DNA of 64,000 nucleotides, taken from the NCBI GenBank assembly GCA_964460115.1, contig CAYWPR010000028.1, positions 1,904 to 65,903 on the forward strand, written 5' to 3'. Both the position numbers and the translations under genes were made by a program. A model generated the notes under the pieces. That model was not told the origin of the DNA. It saw nothing but the letters and a program-made list of their open reading frames with translations, and ran no database searches. This document shows, in pieces, positions 25,135-35,202 of the stretch. Within the stretch, counting starts at the first letter, position 1. Each line of letters starts with the position of its first letter. The DNA comes from an uncultured Myxococcales bacterium. Lineage in GTDB: Bacteria; Myxococcota_A; Polyangia; Palsa-1104; JAEUJZ01.

Positions 25135-25224
25135 GAGGACTGTCTCCTTTTTCGTAGCGCTTGGCTTTGATCTTGGTTTTGCGTTGCGAACAAAAATAAG
25201 ACTAGTTCTTTGCTTCGTATTTGA

Positions 25225-25239
25225 GAAATGAATCATTTC
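25225..25239. promoter_or_regulatory. 15-bp perfect palindrome GAAATGAATCATTTC in the LysR / DJ-1 divergent region (candidate LysR box)
   Basis: GAAATGA-A-TCATTTC read directly from the sequence. A second partial copy, GATTCAT, lies 10 nt downstream. It sits about 25 nt upstream of the LysR ATG. Confidence 0.35.
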
Positions 25240-25264
25240 TATGATAGCGATTCATTTTGTGCAT

Positions 25265-26182
25265 ATGAATGACAAAGATTTCAATCTGCTTCGCGTTTTT
25301 GAGGCGCTGCTCGTCGAGCATAATGTCTCGCGGGCGGCGCGACGACTAGGCCTAAGCCAACCGGCATTAAGCCATGCTTTATCGCGGCTGCGCAGCGATT
25401 TTGGAGACGAGCTTTTCGTGCGCGCGGCGCGCGGCGTACAGCCGACTCCGCAAGCTTTGGCCTTGGCGCCGACGGTGCTTGCGGCGCTACAGGGGCTGCG
25501 CGGCGTCTATGCCAAGCGCGCTGCCTTTTCTCCCAAAGAAGCGGTTGGCCGCATCGTTCTGGCCAGCACCGAATTTTTCGAACACATGGTATTGCCGCGG
25601 CTTTTGCCGGCCTTGCGCAAGCAGGCTCCCGAAGTGGTGCTTTTGTCGCGGCCAACCGGCGGCCGACTGCTCAAGGATGAAATGGAGCGCGGCGACATCG
25701 ACGTCGCTGTAGCCGGTTTTTTTGGCGACCTGCCGGAAGGTTTTTATCGCCAGCCGCTTGTAGAGGACGACTTTGCCTGCATTCTGCGCCAAAACCACCC
25801 GGCAGCGGCGAAAGCCTTGACCTTAAAGGCCTATCTGAAGCTCGATCATTTGCTGATCTCGCCGCAAGGGGATTTGACCGGAATCGTCGACAAGGAGCTG
25901 GCTAGACTTGGACACAAACGACGGGTCGTTGCCGGAATCGCCAATTTTCTAACTCCCGGCTGGGTTATCGCTGCATCGGATCTGGTGCTGACTGCGCCGC
26001 GGCGGCTGGTGAGTTTATATGCGCAACACCTGCCGCTGCGCATTTTCGAGGTGCCGCTAGACCTGCCCAAAATTCAGCTCGTGCAAGTCTGGCACGAGCG
26101 CACCCAAAACGATCCTCTGCATCGGTTTTTTCGTCGCCTTTTGCAGGACGCAGCCGCACCGGAAGCAAAAGGCGCTGCTTAA
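25265..26182 (+). CDS. LysR-family transcriptional regulator
   Basis: N-terminal HTH LLRVFEALLVEHNVSRAARRLGLSQPALSHALSRLR plus a LysR substrate-binding domain. Divergent from the DJ-1 gene. Confidence 0.85.
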   Translation: MNDKDFNLLRVFEALLVEHNVSRAARRLGLSQPALSHALSRLRSDFGDELFVRAARGVQPTPQALALAPTVLAALQGLRGVYAKRAAFSPKEAVGRIVLASTEFFEHMVLPRLLPALRKQAPEVVLLSRPTGGRLLKDEMERGDIDVAVAGFFGDLPEGFYRQPLVEDDFACILRQNHPAAAKALTLKAYLKLDHLLISPQGDLTGIVDKELARLGHKRRVVAGIANFLTPGWVIAASDLVLTAPRRLVSLYAQHLPLRIFEVPLDLPKIQLVQVWHERTQNDPLHRFFRRLLQDAAAPEAKGAA

Positions 26183-26183
26183 T

Positions 26184-26576
26184 TCACGACCCGCCGTGAT
26201 AGACCGCTTCAATGTTGTTGCCGTCGAGATCGATGACAAAAGCGCCGTAATAATTTGGATGGTAGTGCGCGCGAATTCCCGGCGCGCCGTAATCCGTGGC
26301 GCCAGCGGCCAGTGCCGCCGCGTAAAACGCATCGACGCTTTGCCGATCGGGGGCGATCAGCGCGACATGAATGGGGGCGGTTCCGGCGCGGTGCTCCGCG
26401 TTCCAGAAGCTTGGGCTTTGGCCGCCAATCCAAAAGAAGGGCTTGCCGTTTTTGCCTAAGCCGCCGTAGGTGCCAAATTCCTTCACCATCGTAATTCCCA
26501 AGGGCAAAAGCGCTCGTTCATAAAACGCTTTGCTTTTGGCGTAGTCCTTCACAGCCATGACGATGTGGTCAATCAT
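26184..26576 (-). CDS. VOC (glyoxalase/bleomycin-resistance/dioxygenase) family protein
   Basis: MIDHIVMAVKDYAKSKAFYERALLPLGI...HVALIAPDRQSVDAFY...GAFVIDLDGNNIEAV. Typical 130-aa VOC layout. Confidence 0.85.
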   Translation of the reverse strand: MIDHIVMAVKDYAKSKAFYERALLPLGITMVKEFGTYGGLGKNGKPFFWIGGQSPSFWNAEHRAGTAPIHVALIAPDRQSVDAFYAAALAAGATDYGAPGIRAHYHPNYYGAFVIDLDGNNIEAVYHGGS

Positions 26577-26622
26577 GCGCGCAAGCTACAGCCTGTAGGC
26601 AGACGTGGGCAAATAATGCGTT

Positions 26623-28005
26623 TTGCGCGCTGCGGCTCGAAAGAGGCTGTGCTATGCAGCGCTCGTGGATCTATTTACGCACCGCTTGCAAAAAGAGCGC
26701 ACCGGACAGCCGCTGGCCGAGCGAATGCGCCCACGCGATCTGTTCGAGGTCGTCGGACAGCCGCAGCTTCTAGGCCCGTCCTGCCTGTTGCGCCAGATTT
26801 TCGAACAATCGACGCAGACGCAGCCCGCCGCGGCGTTTTTGCCATCTTTGATTTTTTGGGGACCGCCAGGCAGCGGCAAAACCACGCTCGGACAACTTTT
26901 GGCCAAGCAAGTGGGCGCGCGTTTTTCCTCTTTGTCAGCGGTTCAAAGCGGCGTTAAAGAACTGCGGCAATGCATCGAGCAAGCCCAAGAAGCGCTGGCC
27001 ACGCACGCCGAGCGCACGGTGCTATTCATCGATGAAATTCATCGCTACAGCAAAAGCCAGCAGGACGCGCTTTTGCCGCACGTCGAGTCGGGGGTGGTGA
27101 CGCTTATCGGCGCGACGACTGAGAATCCATCCTTTGAGCTGACCCAAGCCCTTTTGTCGCGCTGCCGAGTACTACGCCTGCAAGGGCTTTTGCCCGGCGA
27201 TCTGGACGCCCTTTTGACCCGCGCCATAAACGACAAAGAGCGTGGTCTAGGCCGCTTTCAAGTCGTACTCAGCGAACAAGTACGCCAAATGCTTTTGACC
27301 TATGCAAACGGCGACGCGCGCCGGCTTTTGTCTACTTTGGAGGCCGCGGTTTACTTGTGTCCGCAGGACGCTTCTGGCCAGCGGCAAATTGAACGTTCGC
27401 AGATCGAACAAGCACTGGCGCAGCGCGTTTTGGCCTACGACAAATCCGGCGAGCAGCACTACGATCTGACCTCGGCGCTGATCAAATCGCTGCGCGGCTC
27501 GGATCCAGACGCCGCTTTGTACTACATGACCCGCATGCTAGAGGCTGGTGAAGATCCGCTGTTTGTACTGCGGCGCATGGTCATCTTGGCTGCCGAGGAC
27601 ATTGGCGTGGCGGACCCGCGGGCGCTGCCGATGGCCATGTCCACCGTCGAAGCAGTGCGCTTTGTGGGCATGCCCGAAGCGGTGCTTTTGATGAGCTCGC
27701 TATGCATTTTTTTGGCCACCGCGCCCAAAAGCAACAGCGCCCTATTGGCCTACTCGGCGGCGCGCGCCGCCGTGCAAGAACAGGGTGATCTGCCCGTACC
27801 GCTGCATTTGCGCGATGGTCATTCCGCTGCCGCGCGGGCGCTTGGCCACGGCCAAGGCTATTTGTATCCGCACGATTTTCCGGGCCAAGAGCTTGCTCAA
27901 AGCTACTTGCCCAAGGAAATTTCTACCCACGTGTACTATCGTCCCTTACTCGTGGGATACGAACGCCAATTGGCCGAGCGGCACAAAAAACCATCTCAGT
28001 CTTAG
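26623..28005 (+). CDS. rarA: Replication-associated recombination protein A (AAA+ ATPase RarA/MgsA)
   Basis: [22 protein letters not shown], Walker [13 protein letters not shown], Walker [10 protein letters not shown], and a MgsA C-terminal domain ([34 protein letters not shown]). The start is uncertain: TTG 26623 or GTG 26665. Confidence 0.9.
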   Translation: MRAAARKRLCYAALVDLFTHRLQKERTGQPLAERMRPRDLFEVVGQPQLLGPSCLLRQIFEQSTQTQPAAAFLPSLIFWGPPGSGKTTLGQLLAKQVGARFSSLSAVQSGVKELRQCIEQAQEALATHAERTVLFIDEIHRYSKSQQDALLPHVESGVVTLIGATTENPSFELTQALLSRCRVLRLQGLLPGDLDALLTRAINDKERGLGRFQVVLSEQVRQMLLTYANGDARRLLSTLEAAVYLCPQDASGQRQIERSQIEQALAQRVLAYDKSGEQHYDLTSALIKSLRGSDPDAALYYMTRMLEAGEDPLFVLRRMVILAAEDIGVADPRALPMAMSTVEAVRFVGMPEAVLLMSSLCIFLATAPKSNSALLAYSAARAAVQEQGDLPVPLHLRDGHSAAARALGHGQGYLYPHDFPGQELAQSYLPKEISTHVYYRPLLVGYERQLAERHKKPSQS

Positions 28006-28093
28006 CCATTCCCAATTCAAAGCATTTCGCGTCGCGAATTGGCTCCTAGAAGCCGCAGATGTATGAATTCGGCAGTTCATTTATACTATCCTT

Positions 28094-28822
28094 ATGGCCG
28101 ATCTAGATCCCGTCACCGATAGCCTTGTACAGACCCCGCCTTCCTCGCCAGCTTTCGAGTCTTTGGGCACAGCGGAGTCCGCCGCAAGCGTGCCGGCTGA
28201 CGTCGAAGCATCGTCCATTCGCTCGCGGCTTTTGGAGATCGCCGCCGATGAAAATCGCAACGCCGCGTATCTGGCCGCACTAAACAGCGATTTCAACCTG
28301 CGCGCCGAGCTTTTAAACAAAGCAGTTCCGGAACTTTATCTCAAGCTGGTCAAGGGACTGCGCGAGTCCGTGCGCGCGTTTAATGCCTCGCTAAAGGACG
28401 TCCCGGGATATCCACCGGATTTGATCACTTGGTACGAATCGCCAAGCCTGGCGCTGCGCGATGTGCTAAGCAGCGACGGCATTCACGTGCGTGTGTCTCG
28501 CAAGCACAACCACTTTGATCTGCTTTTGCGGGCGATCATTCGCGCTGGCAAGGCCGACATTCCGCTTATCGAAGGACACGGCGCCCTAGGTCGCGAGCGG
28601 GTCTTGCAATCGACCCTTTTGCGCATCGAAGGCTGGGTTGAAAACGGCACCGTGCGCTTTTTTGTCAATCTCGACTTCAAGCGCCAGGCCATTTCGATTG
28701 AAGAAATTCCCGATCGCATTGTCATGGCGGTGGCCAAGGCCGACTACAAATTGCTGTCGCGCAGCTATGTGGCGCCCCCCGCGCGTCCGGTTTCGCAAGA
28801 CAGCGCCGAAACCGATCTGTAG
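28094..28822 (+). CDS. Hypothetical protein (242 aa)
   Basis: Clean ORF with genome-like codon usage. No motif recognised. Confidence 0.55.
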   Translation: MADLDPVTDSLVQTPPSSPAFESLGTAESAASVPADVEASSIRSRLLEIAADENRNAAYLAALNSDFNLRAELLNKAVPELYLKLVKGLRESVRAFNASLKDVPGYPPDLITWYESPSLALRDVLSSDGIHVRVSRKHNHFDLLLRAIIRAGKADIPLIEGHGALGRERVLQSTLLRIEGWVENGTVRFFVNLDFKRQAISIEEIPDRIVMAVAKADYKLLSRSYVAPPARPVSQDSAETDL

Positions 28823-28830
28823 CGCGGGCG

Positions 28831-30162
28831 TTACAGAGTCGCGGTGTTCGAAAGGCCCAGACCGCGGGCGCAATCGGCGACTGCTTGACGTACGGCGTTA
28901 TGCACCCGCGGGTCGAGCGGCGAAGGCACCACTTCGCTGGGACTGACGTTGCTGGCAATGGCCTCGGCGGCGGCGATGAACATTTGGGGGTGCAGGGTGC
29001 GCGCGCGCACTTCCAAGGCTCCAAGAAAAATGCCGGGAAACGCCAAGGCGTTGTTGATGGCCGCGCCATCGGCGGCATAGGCCGCGCCGGCGGCAAGTGC
29101 GGCGTCCGGATCGATCTCGGGATAGGGATTGCTGAGCGCAAAAATGATCTGCCCGGGTCGAATCATTTCGGGCCGAATCAGGCCGACTTTGCCGGTGGTG
29201 CAAATGACGATCTCGGCCTCGCGCAAAAGTTCAGGAAGCGTAGCGGCCCGCGCGCCAGCTTCGGTCAGTGCCGCCACACTGGCAGAATTCACGTCGGTCA
29301 CTAGCACCGAGCCGGCGCCATAAGCCAAGGCCAGTCGCGCAATGGCGCTGCCGGCCGCGCCCAGGCCAATTTGGCCCAGTTTGGATTGCCGCAGATTCAG
29401 TCCGGTCAGCTTGCAAGCGTTGATGATGGCGGCCAGCGTGACCACCGCCGTGCCGTGCTGATCGTCATGCATCACCGGCTTGTTCAAACGGCGCTTCAGC
29501 TCGGCTTCGATTTTGAAGCATTCGGGAATGCGTATGTCTTCTAGATGAATGCCGCCAAAACTTTTGGACGTACGCATGACGGTTTCAATGAACTCATCCG
29601 CATCGAGGGTATCGATCAAAATTGGCGTCGCCGACAAGCCGGCGAACTTGTCGTACAGCACGGCCTTGCCTTCCATGACCGGCATGCTGGCCAAAGGTCC
29701 GATGTTGCCAAGCCCCAAGACGCGAGAACCGTTGGTATAAATTCCGACAGAGCGACCAATGCCAGTATAGTCCCAGGCGCGCGCCGGCTCGGCGACGATG
29801 GCATTGCTGACACGAGCCACGCCGGGGGTGTAGATGTAGCGCAGATCTCCAAGCTGACGCAGCTCGACGCGGCTTGTCATGCGAATTTTGCCGCCGCGGT
29901 GCAGTTCGAAGACGCGGTCTTTGACGCCAATGACTTCGACGCCGTCAGTGTTGCGAATGGCATCGATCAGTCTTTCGATGTGCGCTTCGTTTTCGGTCTC
30001 GACGGTGATATCTCGGGTCGAGATCCCTTCAGACATATGAACTGTGGTGATTTCCCCAATCAGCGCCCCTTCTTGGGCGATGACCGTCGCCAATCGAGCA
30101 AGCTGCCCAGGACGATGCCGGCTGCGAACCGTTAGCACGGTGTCGATGCGATATTTCGCCAT
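28831..30162 (-). CDS. NAD(P)-dependent malic enzyme with an N-terminal ACT domain
   Basis: ACT-like N-terminus, then YTPGVARVSNAI, VLGLGNIGPLASMPVMEGKAVLYDKFAG and GLGAAGSAIARL (Rossmann). Confidence 0.9.
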   Translation of the reverse strand: MAKYRIDTVLTVRSRHRPGQLARLATVIAQEGALIGEITTVHMSEGISTRDITVETENEAHIERLIDAIRNTDGVEVIGVKDRVFELHRGGKIRMTSRVELRQLGDLRYIYTPGVARVSNAIVAEPARAWDYTGIGRSVGIYTNGSRVLGLGNIGPLASMPVMEGKAVLYDKFAGLSATPILIDTLDADEFIETVMRTSKSFGGIHLEDIRIPECFKIEAELKRRLNKPVMHDDQHGTAVVTLAAIINACKLTGLNLRQSKLGQIGLGAAGSAIARLALAYGAGSVLVTDVNSASVAALTEAGARAATLPELLREAEIVICTTGKVGLIRPEMIRPGQIIFALSNPYPEIDPDAALAAGAAYAADGAAINNALAFPGIFLGALEVRARTLHPQMFIAAAEAIASNVSPSEVVPSPLDPRVHNAVRQAVADCARGLGLSNTATL

Positions 30163-30226
30163 AATCTTAATACTGTACCGCAGCCGCCAAGCGGAATCAG
30201 CGGACAGTAAGTTCAGCAGCAGTCAC

Positions 30227-31123
30227 CTAGACTTCCCGGCGTAACACGCGGTGGTCAAGAACGCGGCGATGCATCGTCCGGCCTAGCGCAAAGGTCGAAT
30301 TCGGCGCGATCCGTTTCAGCCAATAAGCAAGCCAGGCCTCTGGAGTCACCGGAACCATGGGCCGGTGCTTGTAAATGGCATCCAAAATCGTCGCAGCGAC
30401 CTTTTCCGGAGGATAGCGCCTTTTCGCCCAAATTTTGGTCGCCAGCGTGCGCAACGCTTCGACATCGATTCCCGGGGCCGCGCTGTACTTGCAGTCTTTG
30501 ACAATTTTCGTGCTGATCATTCCGGGGCAGATCACGCTGACCGCAATGCCATCGTCCGCAAGTTCCATGCGCAGGCCTTCGGACAGACCCACGACCGCAA
30601 ACTTGGCGGCCGAATAGCCAAGCGCGCTGGGACTGGCGACGATGCCGAACACCGAAGCAATGTTGACGACATGTCCGCCGCGCTGCCGCGCTACCATCTT
30701 GGGAATAAAAAAATGGCAGCCGTGCAGAACTCCGCCGAGGTTAATGGACATCATCCAGTCCAGATCCTGCAGCGAACTGTTAAGAATTCCGCCGTGCAAG
30801 CCGACGCCAGCGTTGTTTACAAGCACATCCACTGCCGGCACCTTTTTATGAACGATGTCGGCAAAGGCGGCCATTGCGGCGCGGTCGCTGACGTCGACGC
30901 GCTGGCTGTAAAGAAGCTGCGCGCGCTCGGCCAGGGACGAGCCGACCACGTCTAGTCCTTCCTGGTTCACATCGCAGACGATAAGCTTGGCGCCGGCATC
31001 GGCAAGGGCCAGCGCCGTGGCGCGACCAATGCCGCTGGCGGCACCCGTGACAAGCGCCACGCGGTCCTTTAGACGCGAGTTTCCCTCGGAGCAGCGCTTA
31101 GCGGGAAAAAGTCGTTTCCACAT
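30227..31123 (-). CDS. SDR-family oxidoreductase
   Basis: VALVTGAASGIGRA (TGxxxGxG), NNAG and YSAAKFAV (YxxxK). ATG 31123 overlaps the upstream gene's end by 26 nt. Confidence 0.85.
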   Translation of the reverse strand: MWKRLFPAKRCSEGNSRLKDRVALVTGAASGIGRATALALADAGAKLIVCDVNQEGLDVVGSSLAERAQLLYSQRVDVSDRAAMAAFADIVHKKVPAVDVLVNNAGVGLHGGILNSSLQDLDWMMSINLGGVLHGCHFFIPKMVARQRGGHVVNIASVFGIVASPSALGYSAAKFAVVGLSEGLRMELADDGIAVSVICPGMISTKIVKDCKYSAAPGIDVEALRTLATKIWAKRRYPPEKVAATILDAIYKHRPMVPVTPEAWLAYWLKRIAPNSTFALGRTMHRRVLDHRVLRREV

Positions 31124-32441
31124 GAGCCGAGACCTCCTTTGGCGGCAAAGAATTTGCGGCGGATGGCGCAGGCGTTTTGCGCATGAGCCAGCGTTCCAAA
31201 TGCGGCAGTCGCGGCACAATGCGCTGGGCGCGGGCCATGCGGCGCTGTAGGGCCGCCGGATCCGTCAGGTAGGTACGAAGCGGGCGCTGGCCAAGCCGCT
31301 GCATCAGCGCCCCCATGGAATGGCGCAGCCGTTCTTGCGTTTTGACCATGCAGCAGATGAGCTCTGCTCCCGCGCTGATAAGCGGTCCGGCACCGGAGCG
31401 CGGCTGGCCGATTCCAAAAAAATAGATGTTCTTGTACTCCACCGGCAAAAGACCGCCGATAAGCTGCGGCATGCCGTCGCGCCATTTTACGACCTCGGAA
31501 GCGACGAAAGGAAAGCTGACATGATAGCCGGTGGCGGCAATAATCAGATCAAAGGCCTGACGCTTTCCGTCTACAAACTCGACAAATGGGCCGTCAAAAA
31601 AGCGTATGTCTTTTTGCGGCGTGATGCGGCCGTGGCGTATGTAGTGCAAAAGCTCGGTATTGACCGTCGGATGGTGCTCGAAGGGCTTATGGTCGGGGGC
31701 GGGCAAGCCATAGTCGGTATAACGTCCGACGATGATGCGAATCAGGCCTTGGAGAATCAGCCGCTGCATGGCAATCGGCATCCAAGGCTGTAAAAACTCG
31801 CCCACGGGTTTGCCGAGCACAGTCTTCGGCAAAAACCAGTATCCGCGCCGCAGCGATATATGAGAAGCCGCGCCAAAACGCGCGGCTTCGACGGCAATGT
31901 CGCAGGCCGAATTGCCACCGCCAATCACCAAAACGCGCTTTCCGACCAAAGACTGCGGCGTCTTGTAGTCTTTGGAATGCAGAATAGGGCCGCTAAATTG
32001 TCCCGGATAGCTCGGCATGCGCCGATCCCAGTGGTGGCCATTGCAGACCACCACTCCGGCGTAGATGCGCCGCTCGCCCGAAGCCAGTTGCACTTCCCAT
32101 TTGTCGCTAGGAGCAGGCGCTACGCGCACCACTTCGCTGCGCAAAGCAATATGGCGGCGCAAATCGTGATGCACGGCGTAGCTTTGCAGATAGGAAAGCA
32201 TCTGCGCCGCGCTGGGAAAGTCGGGCCAGCTCGTCGGCATCGGAAAGTCGCTGTACTCGGTGGTGCGGCGCGATGAGACGATATGCACATTCTCATAGAC
32301 GCCGTGATACCAGTTGCCGCCCACTTCATCATCGGCTTCTAAGATGTCAAAGGGAATGCTGTGGCGCTGCATCGCCGCGCCCATTCCCAATCCGCAGAAC
32401 CCGGCACCGATGATGGCGTGCTTGTGCTCGTAGGTTTGCAT
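31098..32441 (-). CDS. Flavin-containing (FMO / Baeyer-Villiger-type) monooxygenase
   Basis: HAIIGAGFCGLG (FAD GxGxxG), DDEVGGNW and VLVIGGGNSACDIAVE (NADPH site). ATG 32441 (MQTYEHKH) lies 11 nt after the upstream stop. Confidence 0.85.
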   Translation of the reverse strand: MQTYEHKHAIIGAGFCGLGMGAAMQRHSIPFDILEADDEVGGNWYHGVYENVHIVSSRRTTEYSDFPMPTSWPDFPSAAQMLSYLQSYAVHHDLRRHIALRSEVVRVAPAPSDKWEVQLASGERRIYAGVVVCNGHHWDRRMPSYPGQFSGPILHSKDYKTPQSLVGKRVLVIGGGNSACDIAVEAARFGAASHISLRRGYWFLPKTVLGKPVGEFLQPWMPIAMQRLILQGLIRIIVGRYTDYGLPAPDHKPFEHHPTVNTELLHYIRHGRITPQKDIRFFDGPFVEFVDGKRQAFDLIIAATGYHVSFPFVASEVVKWRDGMPQLIGGLLPVEYKNIYFFGIGQPRSGAGPLISAGAELICCMVKTQERLRHSMGALMQRLGQRPLRTYLTDPAALQRRMARAQRIVPRLPHLERWLMRKTPAPSAANSLPPKEVSAHVETTFSR

Positions 32442-32452
32442 GGTCGCCGCCT

Positions 32453-33337
32453 TTATACAGGGAGTCCGGCGCGTGTTAGATATTGCTGCGCCAAGTGATA
32501 ATTGTCGTTGTTGTCGGGATGAAAATCGCGACGCAGATATTCGCGAATTCCGCGCACAAAGACGTCGCGGATGATGCCTCTTTTTTTGTGCAGACGGCGC
32601 CACCTCCCAAGCTGTTGCGCATCAGCATATAGCCGCGCCCAGCCGAGCTTTTGCCGTTCCTGCATAAGCAAGTTCAGGGTTCCGCCCATCCAGAAGGCGC
32701 CTAGGAGCGAGGCCGCCAAGGCCAGTCCGGCGACGCGCGTTGCGTAGCCGGCATGCAGCGTTTGCAGCACATCGAAAGCCACGGATTTGTGTTCGATTTC
32801 TTCAGCGGCGTGCCACATAAGGAGCTCCTGCATGGGAGCCGCAAACGCCTCATACATGGAATTCGGACGTAGCAGGTCATCGGCCAAGACCGCGGTAAAA
32901 TGTTCGCAGGCCGCCGTTGTAGAAATTCGCAATTCCGGCGGTACTATGGGTTCGATAAGTTTGAAGCAGAACCACTGATAAATCTCCAGGAAGCGCTGAA
33001 TGTGAAAGCCCTGCTCTTCCAGGACGTGGTTCATGCGGTCGTGGGCTTGGCCATGGCGTCCCTCCTGCCCAAAAAATCCGTGCACGCGCTCGGCCAGCTC
33101 GGCCGGCAGCTCCGGCAGATAGCGCCGAACGCTGCGTATAAAAAAGCGCTCCCCGGCGGGAAATAGCATCAGCACGCTATTGACGATGGCCGTGGCGACC
33201 GCGTTTTGGCCTACCCACTGCCGCGAAATTTCATCCGTCAAGTGCAGCGGGGGGTTTCGTGGTCGAATTTGCGGCGCGGCCCTACGTTGCGGCTCTTGGT
33301 AGGTTTTCTCGTCGGAATCATCTGTGGAAAGACGCAT
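32453..33337 (-). CDS. Predicted metal-dependent hydrolase family protein (the family usually found beside FMO/SDR genes)
   Basis: FFGQEGRHGQAHDRMN, ACEHFTAVLAD and WHAAEEIEHKSVAFDVL (His/Glu metal motifs). AGGAG lies 7 nt before ATG 33337. Confidence 0.7.
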   Translation of the reverse strand: MRLSTDDSDEKTYQEPQRRAAPQIRPRNPPLHLTDEISRQWVGQNAVATAIVNSVLMLFPAGERFFIRSVRRYLPELPAELAERVHGFFGQEGRHGQAHDRMNHVLEEQGFHIQRFLEIYQWFCFKLIEPIVPPELRISTTAACEHFTAVLADDLLRPNSMYEAFAAPMQELLMWHAAEEIEHKSVAFDVLQTLHAGYATRVAGLALAASLLGAFWMGGTLNLLMQERQKLGWARLYADAQQLGRWRRLHKKRGIIRDVFVRGIREYLRRDFHPDNNDNYHLAQQYLTRAGLPV

Positions 33338-33398
33338 TATTGACTCCTGTTCAATAGACCTAAATTGAAGCTAGCAGCTTATTGAATCTGGGTCAATA
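33338..33398. promoter_or_regulatory. Two 19-bp inverted repeats TATTGA-N7-TCAATA (candidate TetR operators)
   Basis: TATTGACTCCTGTTCAATA at 33338-33356 overlaps the hydrolase SD. TATTGAATCTGGGTCAATA is at 33380-33398. A third half-site, CTTATTGAC, is at 33415-33423. All lie in the TetR / operon divergent region. Confidence 0.4.
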
Positions 33399-33418
33399 CG
33401 CCCCTATGTTAGAGCTTA

Positions 33419-34060
33419 TTGACAACCTCTATGCCTCACGCTTCGCGTTCTACCGTCAAAAAGCCGCCGCGCACCCGCTTCGAACTCGACGAGCGGCGTG
33501 CGCAGCTTATTAAGCTTGGTTTTGAGCTGTTCGCCGAACACCCCTACGACGAGGTGCACATCGAGTCGGTGGCGCGCGCCGCCGGCATCTCGAAGGGGCT
33601 GCTTTATCACTACTTTCCGACCAAGCGCGACTTTTACACCGCGACGCTACAAGGCGCCGCAGAGCGGCTGCTGGCCGAAACCGACACGGATATGACCCTG
33701 CCGCCGCCTCAGCAATTGATTGCGACGTTAAACGGCTACTTGCAGTTCGTCGAGCGCTATGCCGCCACCTACGTGGCGCTGATGCGCGGCGGCGTTGGGT
33801 CTGATCCGAAAGCCGCGGCGATCATCGAGCAAACCCGCGCGACTTATATGGACCGTCTGATGAATCGACTTTCCTTGGTGGCGCCCAGTTTGGAACCGCA
33901 GAAGCGACCACTTGTGCGCACCGCGCTGCGCGGCTGGCTGGGCTTTGTCGAAGCCACAAGTCTTGAATGGGCGGTCGCGCGCGACGTCCCAAAGGCGACG
34001 CTCGTCAATCTGCTTGTGCAAATCCTTTTGTCCACGCTGCAGACCGCACAGCTCGATTAG
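33419..34060 (+). CDS. TetR/AcrR-family transcriptional regulator
   Basis: HTH IESVARAAGISKGLLYHYFPTKRDFY. Start is TTG 33419 or ATG 33431. Confidence 0.85.
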   Translation: MTTSMPHASRSTVKKPPRTRFELDERRAQLIKLGFELFAEHPYDEVHIESVARAAGISKGLLYHYFPTKRDFYTATLQGAAERLLAETDTDMTLPPPQQLIATLNGYLQFVERYAATYVALMRGGVGSDPKAAAIIEQTRATYMDRLMNRLSLVAPSLEPQKRPLVRTALRGWLGFVEATSLEWAVARDVPKATLVNLLVQILLSTLQTAQLD

Positions 34061-34296
34061 AAACAGGAAGCCCTCGCGTAGATTTTGGCATTTTGCCTTG
34101 CCCGCTTTGTTGGCTGCGGGGTCTAACCTTGCAAGCCCCTTTTCTGTTGCTGTACACAGGCCGAAGCTGATACCCTAAGCTCGCCCTAGCTGTCGAGGCG
34201 CAGCACCATCCTCCACGGAGGAATTGCTTTGAAATCGGCCTTGCTACAGGGTCGAACTTTTTTTCTTCCTTTTTTGTGAAGTCTTTAAGGAGCAGT

Positions 34297-35202
34297 ATGG
34301 CCTACCGGAATCTACCTGAGCCCGCCGTGGGACGCCCGCTGCAGCTCATTGATCCCTATCGTCATCGGGAGAGTTATATACGCCTACTAAGCAGCCTTTA
34401 TCACGCCGAAGCCGCCGCCATGCAGGGCTTTTTGCTGCTTTCAGATCCCTTGTATGTGCAATCAAGCGAGCTTTTCGCCAATGCCAGCAAGCGCCTAGTC
34501 GCTGACGAGCGCAAGCATCTTTTAGACATCGAAGAGATGATTCGCAAACTCGGCGGTTTCGAAGTGGTTCCGCCCTCTCCCGTCGAAGCCAAGTTCTGGA
34601 AGGCTTGGCGTTCGGGAACTCTGTTTGCGCTGCCGTTTAAACCTAGCGTTGCCGCGGCATTTTGTCTGTTTTCGGAAGGGCTTGGTTACGGCTTTCTTTA
34701 CAATCTGGCGCAGGCCACTGCCGATCCGGAAATTCGTGCGATGCTATGGAGCAACGTCGAAGACGAAAAGATGCACTTGCGCCTTTCGATGTCTGTCTTG
34801 CGCAAATCGATGGAACAGGAAAGCGGCGTGCTGACGGATTTCCTGATTCATCTGTACGGCTACATGCTTCTGGCGCGCGAAGCCATTCGCGAGCAGCGCG
34901 CGCTCGTCGAATCCATTGGCCTTGATTTTGACGTTGTCGTCGGATCAAGCATCCACTTCCTCTTTGAACTGCTAAACCTGGTCATGGAGGAAACCGGACA
35001 AACCAATCTTGTGTGGCAAAAGCTGCGCGACGCGGCGCGGCTGCTTGGCGAACGTCCGAATACCGTGAAGCTGCTGCACCTTCTTATGTATGTGCCCGAA
35101 GTTCCCCTCAGCCGCCGTGCGGTCTTTGAATGGGGCCGAGTTGGCCTGCGCCGGCGCGGCATCCGTCCAACCACCACCAAGCAGATCGAGGCCTTGGTAT
35201 GA
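34297..35202 (+). CDS. Ferritin-like di-iron carboxylate protein (four-helix-bundle oxidase/hydroxylase type), function unknown
   Basis: E...ExxH x2 pattern: YHAEAAAM, ADERKH, FSEGLG, EDEKMH. AAGGAG lies 4 nt before ATG 34297; the track starts at GTG 34276. Confidence 0.65.
   Translation: MAYRNLPEPAVGRPLQLIDPYRHRESYIRLLSSLYHAEAAAMQGFLLLSDPLYVQSSELFANASKRLVADERKHLLDIEEMIRKLGGFEVVPPSPVEAKFWKAWRSGTLFALPFKPSVAAAFCLFSEGLGYGFLYNLAQATADPEIRAMLWSNVEDEKMHLRLSMSVLRKSMEQESGVLTDFLIHLYGYMLLAREAIREQRALVESIGLDFDVVVGSSIHFLFELLNLVMEETGQTNLVWQKLRDAARLLGERPNTVKLLHLLMYVPEVPLSRRAVFEWGRVGLRRRGIRPTTTKQIEALV

Noticed and set aside
34086-34101. TGGCAT-N-TTGC sequence upstream of the ferritin-like operon, as a sigma54 promoter
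   Set aside because: The GG-to-GC spacing is one nucleotide longer than the canonical -24/-12 spacing, and the site lies about 200 nt from the start codon. It is not convincing.
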